64,000 bases of DNA, from the IMG/VR virus record IMGVR_UViG_3300014208_000024, positions 96,001-160,000 of that record; one strand, written 5' to 3'. The stretch's first letter is position 1. The number at the start of each line of letters is the position of its first letter. The stretch is from a virus. Lineage: Duplodnaviria; Caudoviricetes. The notes under the pieces were generated by a model. That model was not told the origin of the DNA. It saw nothing but the letters and a program-made list of their open reading frames with translations, and made no database searches. Below, one piece after another: positions 1-7,353 of this stretch. Made by a program: the position numbers and the translations under genes.

Positions 1-253
1 GGGGTTTTTTTATGAATTTTTCTTTATAAACAATCACTGGCTTGAAGTCTGCATTTTCAACCAACTTCCAATTTCCGTCATTTTGTAATTTGTACATATT
101 TAAATTGGAATCAAATCTTAAAAGCTTATCATAATTAAGATTTTCTAAAATTCTGTTATCTTTTAAACTTTTTACTCGAATTATTGGAATATCTTCATAT
201 TGCAACTTTTCTTCAAACATTTTATCTACCTTTTCATAAAATTTATTACTCAT
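1..253 (-). CDS. Hypothetical protein, partial (runs off left edge; not in ORF track)
   Basis: ATG at 253 overlaps the Nudix stop (ATGAGTAA); frame open to base 1: MSNKFYEKVDKMFEEKLQYEDIPIIRVKSLKDNR... Confidence 0.7.
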   Translation of the reverse strand, partial: MSNKFYEKVDKMFEEKLQYEDIPIIRVKSLKDNRILENLNYDKLLRFDSNLNMYKLQNDGNWKLVENADFKPVIVYKEKFIKKP

Positions 254-713
254 AATTTTTATTTTTAAATTTATTAACAACTTTTTCAATCGATTCTCTT
301 TTTATATCAAGAATTTCAATTATGGATGGAATAATATTTTCTTCGTAATCCCACTTACAAGTGAGTGGGAACCAACCAAAATCTAAATTTTCTTTTCCAC
401 ACTTACATTCTCCTTTTAAATTTGGAACAAATTCCCATGGCAAAATACAAATATATGTATAAAAATCTATATGATTTGTTTTTTCTACATATATTGGTTG
501 TTTTGATACTTTTATTGGTCCATCATATCCAGTTTCTTCTCTAAGTTCTCTAATGGCCGTTTTTTTTGGATAGACATCTTTTTCTTCGAAATTTCCACCA
601 ACAATTCCCCAATATCCAGGATAAACCACATCATCTCTTCTTTTTAACATTAAGAACCTATTTGTTTCTGGACAAATTGCTAATGCCCCAGCTGCTATAA
701 TTTTTTGTTCCAT
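246..713 (-). CDS. Nudix hydrolase
   Basis: Nudix box GGNFEEKDVYPKKTAIRELREETG. Confidence 0.92.
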   Translation of the reverse strand: MEQKIIAAGALAICPETNRFLMLKRRDDVVYPGYWGIVGGNFEEKDVYPKKTAIRELREETGYDGPIKVSKQPIYVEKTNHIDFYTYICILPWEFVPNLKGECKCGKENLDFGWFPLTCKWDYEENIIPSIIEILDIKRESIEKVVNKFKNKNYE

Positions 714-736
714 ATTGTTTTTTAAAATAAATATGG

Positions 737-2254
737 TTAAAAATCATAAAGCATATAGAACAACCCATGTCTTGCTCTTGATACTGCAACATAATGAATA
801 TTTCTCGGTTCCACATTTTCTTCTTCGTTAGGGTCAAATGTTAATCTAAAAAGTTGCTTTGGAGATAAAACTTTATTTAATCCAATTTCTTTTATTAATT
901 CTGGATCTATAGAATTTACTACAACACAATAATCAAACTCTCTTCCTTTGCTTTTATGAATAGATGTAATGAGTTTTTTACTTGTTTTATTTTCTTCAAT
1001 AAAAGTAAAAATTGCCATCTCGCTATCATTAAAATGTGGCTTTAACCTATTTAACCTTTCTTGTAAATTAACATGAACGTTTCCCTTTTTATATTCAACA
1101 AAATCACTATTTGTTATATAATTAAAATACCTCATTGGATATTTTAATTTCAAAAGTTCAAATTCAAGATGTTTTATTGCAGAATTTGTTCTAACCAAAA
1201 CTGCAACTTCAGAATAAGTATTAAGTACAGTAACTAAATCTAAATTTTTCTTTTCCCCATTTTCTCCTTTAGGTGCCTCTATTTGAAACATTATATATTT
1301 TTGAACAAATCCATCCTCTTTACTATTTGGTTCTGCCTTAAGCGAGGAAAAACGGTTAGAATTAATGATTATGTTCTTGTCACTTCTAAAATTAACAGTC
1401 AAAGTTTTTTCAATCGTTTCCCTTCTTCCCTTTAACATATCCTCTATTTTTTTACAATTAGTTCCACTGAACCCAAATATTGATTGATTTCTATCGCCTA
1501 TAAGATAATAATATTTTGCATTTAAGGACAATAAAATCTGCAATTGAATTGTGCTTGTGTCTTGATATTCGTCAACAAAAATGTAATCATATTGCCCTCT
1601 AAACATTTTTAACCACTTATCTTCTTTTAATAAATTGTTTACTTCTATAAGCATGTCAGAAAAGTCTCTACTCCTTTTTTCTCTTAAAAATTCATTATAT
1701 TGAGAAAGATATGCTGGAACTTGACATCTAATTCCATCGGCAGTTTGCAACTTAAATGCAGATATTGCAGAAGAAATATAATCAGCCTCTTCATAAAGAT
1801 TCCCTATGAGTTCATAAAACTCAGCTTTTGTTTCACGTGAAGCTGATGTGCCTGGTTTGTATTTTTCCTTGTACCATTTTATAAAATCATGAAAAGTTAT
1901 AATAGACTTAAACTTTCCAGCTTTTGCCAAAATACCCAATGCAAAAGCATGAATGGTTGTTATTTTTACATCGTCACGACCAATTCTTTTTTGAAGTTCT
2001 TCTGTTGCCGCTTTTGTGTAACTGAAAAATATCATTTTTTCAGGAGGAACTCCACGTTTTAAAAGAGCTTTAAGTCTTTGAACTACAGAAAATGTTTTTC
2101 CAGAACCTGCAGTTGCAACAAGTGTTACAGATTTTTTTCCATCATAGTCAACGAAATCCTTTTGCTCCTCAGTATAATTAACTCTATCTAAAGTATTAAT
2201 AAAACTTAATTGACCTTCTTCTTCTGGAGTTAACTTTTTCTTTCTTTTTGCCAT
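737..2254 (-). CDS. uvrD: UvrD/Rep-family SF1 helicase (compact)
   Basis: ATAGSGKT (motif I), DEYQDT (II), GDRNQSIFGF (III), NFRS (IV), SIHKSKGREF (V), YVAVSRAR (VI); start moved to MAKRKK at 2254, downstream of a TATATTTG promoter. Confidence 0.93.
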   Translation of the reverse strand: MAKRKKKLTPEEEGQLSFINTLDRVNYTEEQKDFVDYDGKKSVTLVATAGSGKTFSVVQRLKALLKRGVPPEKMIFFSYTKAATEELQKRIGRDDVKITTIHAFALGILAKAGKFKSIITFHDFIKWYKEKYKPGTSASRETKAEFYELIGNLYEEADYISSAISAFKLQTADGIRCQVPAYLSQYNEFLREKRSRDFSDMLIEVNNLLKEDKWLKMFRGQYDYIFVDEYQDTSTIQLQILLSLNAKYYYLIGDRNQSIFGFSGTNCKKIEDMLKGRRETIEKTLTVNFRSDKNIIINSNRFSSLKAEPNSKEDGFVQKYIMFQIEAPKGENGEKKNLDLVTVLNTYSEVAVLVRTNSAIKHLEFELLKLKYPMRYFNYITNSDFVEYKKGNVHVNLQERLNRLKPHFNDSEMAIFTFIEENKTSKKLITSIHKSKGREFDYCVVVNSIDPELIKEIGLNKVLSPKQLFRLTFDPNEEENVEPRNIHYVAVSRARHGLFYMLYDF

Positions 2255-2272
2255 TTTTATTTTTTTAATGTA

Positions 2273-2302
2273 CAAATATATTAAAAAGTTAGCACACACA
2301 AA
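2273..2302 (-). promoter_or_regulatory. Bacteroidota-type sigmaA promoter (TTTG-N18-TATATTTG) for uvrD
   Basis: caaatata at 2273-2280 and caaa at 2299-2302 on +; spacing slightly short of the 19-21 consensus. Confidence 0.6.
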
Positions 2303-2326
2303 AGAAAAACAAAGATTTTTTGTAAT

Positions 2327-2731
2327 TTACTTATTAATTTTTTGACATTCTTTAATCAAACCAAAAACATAGTTCCTGCTAAAAATTACCATCATTTCTG
2401 CATGTGCATCAATATGTTGGAAATATTTTTCCGAAATGGGTAAAAAATCTTTATAAAAATTCTCAAGTTTTTCCATTATTTCGTTCACATTTATCATTAA
2501 AAAAACATCTTCTGGTTTAATTCCCCTCCAGTTGTCTTTTTGCATACAATATAACCTGTGTTCTTTATCTGGTGAAAGTATAAGACATGATATATACCTT
2601 ATTACTCCAAAATAACTGCTTTTTTCTTGATCTTTAATTGAATTGAAATCAACTTTATCATAAAGCTCTTTAATTCTGTTTCTAAATTCTCCACTTAGAC
2701 CTTCCAACATATTCTCTTTTAATTCTTCCAT
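2327..2731 (-). CDS. Hypothetical protein
   Basis: 134-aa ORF packed in the operon, no motif recognised. Confidence 0.7.
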   Translation of the reverse strand: MEELKENMLEGLSGEFRNRIKELYDKVDFNSIKDQEKSSYFGVIRYISCLILSPDKEHRLYCMQKDNWRGIKPEDVFLMINVNEIMEKLENFYKDFLPISEKYFQHIDAHAEMMVIFSRNYVFGLIKECQKINK

Positions 2732-2735
2732 AGTT

Positions 2736-3575
2736 CTATATGTTACTGTTTAAAAACTCTTTCAGCTTATAACACTTTCCATACGTTCTAAGTTTCTTCA
2801 ATGCAAAATCTTTTATTTGACGTACTCTTTCATTTGTTAAATCTAATTCTTCACCAATTTCTCTTAAATTCATTTCCTGTCCAGTTTCAAGTCCAAAATA
2901 CATCTTTAGAATTTTACTTTCTCTTTTGTTGAGTCCTGATAAAACTGTGTTTATCTCGTATGAAGCAGCATCTTTGTTAATTTTTTTCTGTATATTATTA
3001 AATTCATCACCCTCTAGATAATCTGAAAAAGTTGATTTTGAATCTTCAGAACATGAGTTTTCTAATTCTACAAAAAAATTACAATCATTAAATGAATTTA
3101 TAATGTCAATTTCACAAACATCGCTAAAGTCACTTATTTCTTTTGATGTCGGCTCCCTGTTTAACTCTTTAAATAAAATATCCTTTGTTTTATTTATTTT
3201 ATTGTTGATATTGATGCGGTTTACTGGTAATCGTACAATGCTTCCATTTTCATAAATAGATTGTATAATCGATTGTCTTATCCACCACACCGCATAAGAA
3301 ATAAAACGAATTTTTTTAGTTTCATCAAATTTGTCAACAGCTTTTATAAGGCCAATGTTTCCTTCACTGATTAAATCTTCTAATGGAATATTACTATATT
3401 GATATTCCTTTGCCACTGTTACTACAAATCTTAAATTACTTTGAACTAACTTATTTAAAGCAAGTTTATCCCCCGATTTTGCTTTAATTGCTAGTTCAGT
3501 TTGCTCTCCTCCGCTGAGCAATTCCACACTCTTAAGGTCTTTAAAATAAGCCTTAAGCGCAATGCTTATATCCAT
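2736..3575 (-). CDS. rpoD: RNA polymerase sigma70-family factor, Bacteroidota RpoD/SigA-like (no region 1.1)
   Basis: NLRFVVTVAKEY, DLISEGNIGLIKAVDKFD, RFISYAVWWIRQSI (region 2), RLPVN, region 4 LREIGEELDLTNERVRQIK. Confidence 0.93.
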   Translation of the reverse strand: MDISIALKAYFKDLKSVELLSGGEQTELAIKAKSGDKLALNKLVQSNLRFVVTVAKEYQYSNIPLEDLISEGNIGLIKAVDKFDETKKIRFISYAVWWIRQSIIQSIYENGSIVRLPVNRININNKINKTKDILFKELNREPTSKEISDFSDVCEIDIINSFNDCNFFVELENSCSEDSKSTFSDYLEGDEFNNIQKKINKDAASYEINTVLSGLNKRESKILKMYFGLETGQEMNLREIGEELDLTNERVRQIKDFALKKLRTYGKCYKLKEFLNSNI

Positions 3576-3587
3576 TAATTATGTGGA

Positions 3588-4076
3588 TTAGTCTTCCCAA
3601 TCTAATTGAGCAAAAAAAGCTTTGATTCTCTCAAACTCTTCTCTTGATTCAATATTTAGAAAGGCTTCTTGGGGAACTGGGGGATTTTGTCTTACATCAA
3701 GACCTGAAAACAACAAAGAGAGATAACGTGTTTCAACACCTTTCTCTCTAAATGTGATTAAATCAATTTCTAAATTACCAGCACTTTCATCCTGATAACA
3801 AAAATAAGTTTCACAGCCTTGATTTATTTGTTTTTTTAAAACTGGCTGAGTAACTACTGTTGAAATTGTTTTTTGTTCCTGCACAACATTTACCGCTGGG
3901 CGGGAAACTTGTGGCTGTGGTTGGGTCTCTTGTGTTTGAATAGTTTGTTTTGAAGCGATTTGACTCTGAACTTTTTGTTCAGACAAGCCGTTTTTCTTTC
4001 CAAAACTTTTCAAATTTGCTTTTTGTTCTGGGGTCATTTGATAAACTTTCCCAGAACCTTCTTGTCCTGTACTCAT
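3588..4076 (-). CDS. Hypothetical protein with Q/K-rich N-terminus
   Basis: 162-aa ORF heading the sigma/uvrD operon. Confidence 0.7.
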   Translation of the reverse strand: MSTGQEGSGKVYQMTPEQKANLKSFGKKNGLSEQKVQSQIASKQTIQTQETQPQPQVSRPAVNVVQEQKTISTVVTQPVLKKQINQGCETYFCYQDESAGNLEIDLITFREKGVETRYLSLLFSGLDVRQNPPVPQEAFLNIESREEFERIKAFFAQLDWED

Positions 4077-4108
4077 AAACTTTGTCTTTGTATTTTATTG
4101 TCTAATTG

Positions 4109-4139
4109 CAAAAATACAAAATAAATATAAAAAAAACAA
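4109..4139 (-). promoter_or_regulatory. Bacteroidota-type promoter (TTG-N20-TATTTTTG)
   Basis: caaaaata 4109-4116 and caa 4137-4139 on +, upstream of the ATG at 4076. Confidence 0.65.
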
Positions 4140-4157
4140 CTTTTTAAAGAGTTAATT

Positions 4158-4598
4158 TTATTTTATATTTATTGTTCTTTGAATAAACCCATGTGCTTGC
4201 CCTCCCACAAATGGATTTGTAACAATCAAGTTTGTATTTTTTAATAAAGAATCAACGTCATGATGTCCAAATTTTTTATCTAATTTTTTAATCCAAAATA
4301 AAAATCCAAATCTTTCTGTTTTTGTTCTATATGAGTTTTGTGGAACATCTAAATTATAATCAATACCATTAATTAACCCTATACTTTCTAGCCTTTGTCT
4401 TATATAGTTTATTTGTTCATATTCTTCTGAAGAATATTTGTTTTCATCACGTTTTGAATTTATTTCCACGGCATTTTTTCTGTTAATATTATCAATATGA
4501 TCATCTGAAAGATCATAATTATATTTATTAACATTTTCATTTACTGATTTATTAAAGTTCTTAACTTTATCAATCATTTCTCTAATTTCTTTACTCAT
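4158..4598 (-). CDS. Hypothetical late protein (possible internal virion protein)
   Basis: TATTTATA upstream (4609-4616); leader MSKEIREMIDKVKNFNKSVNE. Confidence 0.7.
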   Translation of the reverse strand: MSKEIREMIDKVKNFNKSVNENVNKYNYDLSDDHIDNINRKNAVEINSKRDENKYSSEEYEQINYIRQRLESIGLINGIDYNLDVPQNSYRTKTERFGFLFWIKKLDKKFGHHDVDSLLKNTNLIVTNPFVGGQAHGFIQRTINIK

Positions 4599-4619
4599 AA
4601 AATTTTTATATAAATATTT

Positions 4620-5354
4620 TTATTTTATTTTTGTAACAAGATGTTTATGAAACTTTACACCAGGGAATTTTTCAATAGTTTCAATATATGCTTTTTCTAG
4701 CCAATCATTTCTATCTTCAAAGAAGTGAACTTCTTCCCATCCATTATTAATAATACTATCTTGTATTACTTTTACTTTGTAATCGGCAATTCCTTTGCTT
4801 CCACCTGGAAATAAATGTAATCCATAATTTGGAAATTCAATTTTAAGATCTTTTAATCTTTGTTCTATGGCTAATCTCATTTTTTCCCCCCTTCCTGTTA
4901 CAATCATTTTATTTTCACAATTTTTATAAATTTCAAATATTTCATTATTAACTTTTATTCCTATTGTTTCATTATTATTATAATAATCTGGCTGTGGTCT
5001 TAAGTTTAAAACTTGATTTTTTTCTTCTAATGCTCTTAATAAATCTTTTTTTATAGAAAATTTTAAACCTACTTCTTTTAATTTTTCCAAACTTAAATCT
5101 TGAATAAAATCCAAGAACTCTCCTCCTAATGGTTTTTTATTTCTGCAATCAAGAATTATAATAAAATCATTGTTTTTTTCAAAACACAACTCTTTTGCGA
5201 ACAACAAATAAAAAATATTCTTAATTTTTTTAATATAATTTTTTATATCTTCGTTTTCCGTTTGTATTTGCCCGTTTTCTATATTTATGAATTCATAGAA
5301 ATAAATTGGTTTAATCAATGTATCGTCTAAATCAAATATTTTTATTTTTTTCAT
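4620..5354 (-). CDS. HAD-superfamily phosphatase (Swiss-Army-Knife RNA-repair HAD-like)
   Basis: Motif I IFDLDDTL, motif II IVTGR, motif IV FFEDR; start moved to MKKIK at 5354. Confidence 0.75.
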   Translation of the reverse strand: MKKIKIFDLDDTLIKPIYFYEFINIENGQIQTENEDIKNYIKKIKNIFYLLFAKELCFEKNNDFIIILDCRNKKPLGGEFLDFIQDLSLEKLKEVGLKFSIKKDLLRALEEKNQVLNLRPQPDYYNNNETIGIKVNNEIFEIYKNCENKMIVTGRGEKMRLAIEQRLKDLKIEFPNYGLHLFPGGSKGIADYKVKVIQDSIINNGWEEVHFFEDRNDWLEKAYIETIEKFPGVKFHKHLVTKIK

Positions 5355-5356
5355 AC

Positions 5357-5370
5357 TATTTATATATAAA
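5357..5370. promoter_or_regulatory. Palindromic back-to-back late-type promoter TATTTATATAAATA
   Basis: Perfect 14-bp palindrome giving TATTTATA on both strands between divergent ATGs at 5354 (-) and 5383 (+). Confidence 0.55.
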
Positions 5371-5382
5371 TATAATAAATTT

Positions 5383-6609
5383 ATGGAAACAAATATATTA
5401 AAAAACTGGATTATAATCAATATATTAAATGAAAAAGGAAAAATTTCTGGAAAAAAATTAAATTCTGTTTTATTACAGAATAAAAATATAAAAGAAGAAA
5501 TAAAAGAAAAAACCTCTTTTTGCCCCGAAGATTTTCCTGTTTTTTATAGAGTTAAAATGATTTTAAACAACATTACAGAATTTAAAAAATGTGCAAATTG
5601 TGGTATTAAAAATGTTTCTTGGAATAAGTCGAATCATAAAATTTTAGATTATTGTTCAAACAAATGTGCTTCAAGTCATATTGCAACAAGAGAAAAAGTT
5701 AAAAAAACAGTTTTAGAAAATTTTGGAGTTGAGCACATTATGAAAAGTGAGAAATTTAAAAATCAATACAAAGAAACGTGTTTAAAAAATCATGGTGTTG
5801 ATAATGTGTCTAAATTAAAAAATATTAAAGACAAAAAAGCAAAAACTAACTTAAAAAATTGGGGAGTGAAGAATGTATCTCAAAATGAAGAAATAAAAAA
5901 AAAGAAACGTAAAACTACAAGAAATAATTTTGGAGTTGATTATCCTATACAAAACTTAAATATTAAAGAGAAAACAAAACAAACTAATTTAAAAATATAT
6001 AAAACAAAGCATGTACTACAAAACGAACAAGTAAGAGAAAAGGGAAAAAAAACTAATTTAAAAAAATTTGGAACTGAATTTCCCACAAAAAACAAAGAGG
6101 TTAAACAAAAAATAATAGATACTAAAATAAAAAAATACGGAAAAGATTTTGTGAAATTACATAGAGAAAAATCAAAAAAAACTTGTTTGTTAAAATACGG
6201 CGTAGAATATCCATCTCAAAACACTGAAATTTATAAAAAAATTCAAGTCAATTCTTCTAAAATACATGAATACAAAAACACAAGTATTTTTTATCAAGGC
6301 TCCTATGAAAAATATTTTTTAGAGCAAATGGAATATAAAAACTTGTTAAGTAAAGTTGTGAATGGAAAATGCTATGAATATTATTTAAATGGGAAAAAAC
6401 ATAAATACCACGTTGATTTCCTTTACATCGATTTAAATATAGAAATTAAATCATCATGGACTTATAATAAAAATGGAAAGGACAAAAAATTAGAACTGGA
6501 AAACGAAAATAAATGGAAAGCAATCGTAGATAACGGCGATAAAATTATTGTCTTATTTAGTAAAAAACAAATATTTGAATTTGTACAAAATCAAAATATT
6601 AACCAATAG
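5383..6609 (+). CDS. Free-standing homing-endonuclease-like protein (K-T-x-L-x-x-Y/F-G-V repeats + PD-(D/E)XK domain)
   Basis: CANC...YCSNKC Zn motif; repeats KTVLENFGVE/TCLKNHGVD/TCLLKYGVE; C-terminal YHVDF...IEIKSSWTY; opposite strand to neighbours. Confidence 0.8.
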   Translation: METNILKNWIIINILNEKGKISGKKLNSVLLQNKNIKEEIKEKTSFCPEDFPVFYRVKMILNNITEFKKCANCGIKNVSWNKSNHKILDYCSNKCASSHIATREKVKKTVLENFGVEHIMKSEKFKNQYKETCLKNHGVDNVSKLKNIKDKKAKTNLKNWGVKNVSQNEEIKKKKRKTTRNNFGVDYPIQNLNIKEKTKQTNLKIYKTKHVLQNEQVREKGKKTNLKKFGTEFPTKNKEVKQKIIDTKIKKYGKDFVKLHREKSKKTCLLKYGVEYPSQNTEIYKKIQVNSSKIHEYKNTSIFYQGSYEKYFLEQMEYKNLLSKVVNGKCYEYYLNGKKHKYHVDFLYIDLNIEIKSSWTYNKNGKDKKLELENENKWKAIVDNGDKIIVLFSKKQIFEFVQNQNINQ

Positions 6610-6928
6610 AAATCTTGGAATATAGATCTTTATATTTTAAAATCTTTTCCATTTTAATAGAATCTAATACCAAACCCTTACCTTTTCCAAGAACTATATT
6701 AACTTCTTTAGAAAGTGCTGTTTCTATAAATTCAAAACTCAATCTTGTGTCTTGAATTTCAAATCCTCTTTCAGAAAATATAACCTCATATGGATTTGTA
6801 CTCTTATCGAAATTTACAACCGTTTCTTTAGCCTTCGGTTTTACCGAACCAGGGTTCATTTGATTAATTTCCCCCAAACTTTCTTGTAATGTTTTTACAA
6901 TTTCTTTTTTCTTATTATTCTTTATCAT
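6599..6928 (-). CDS. Hypothetical late protein
   Basis: TATTTATA at 6945-6952; N-terminus KKKEIVKTLQESLGE. Confidence 0.7.
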   Translation of the reverse strand: MIKNNKKKEIVKTLQESLGEINQMNPGSVKPKAKETVVNFDKSTNPYEVIFSERGFEIQDTRLSFEFIETALSKEVNIVLGKGKGLVLDSIKMEKILKYKDLYSKISIG

Positions 6929-6963
6929 AACAAAAACTATTTTTTATAAATAGTTAAATTTTA

Positions 6964-6990
6964 TAAAAAATGCCCATCATTGACGGGCAT
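6964..6990 (-). terminator. Intrinsic terminator
   Basis: Minus strand AUGCCCGUC-AAU-GAUGGGCAU followed by a U-run, just after the stop at 7001. Confidence 0.8.
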
Positions 6991-7000
6991 CTTTACATTG

Positions 7001-7303
7001 TTAAACAACTTCTTTTTTCTTTGATTCTAGAGTTTTCTTTCTATAAACCATATAAACACTCTGAGTAAAACTCATTGGTTTAAATCTTGTTTTAGATATA
7101 TCAGCGGGTCCATTCAATTGTTTAGATTTTAATATCTTTTCAATTTCCTGATTTTGTCTTTCTTTAAGTTTCTTTTTTTCAAGAATTGCAAAAGTTTTCT
7201 TTTCCCCTTTTTCTTTTTGAGTTTTTTTCAATCTTTCACATCTCTTAACGCCCCTCTTTATAACGGCTTTTCTTTCTTCTGTGGTTTTTTTGTTCTTTTT
7301 CAT
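7001..7303 (-). CDS. Small basic hypothetical protein
   Basis: 100 aa, very K/R-rich. Confidence 0.65.
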   Translation of the reverse strand: MKKNKKTTEERKAVIKRGVKRCERLKKTQKEKGEKKTFAILEKKKLKERQNQEIEKILKSKQLNGPADISKTRFKPMSFTQSVYMVYRKKTLESKKKEVV

Positions 7304-7353
7304 TTTTAAAATTTTTATTAAATATAATAAATTAAATACAATAAATCAAATTT

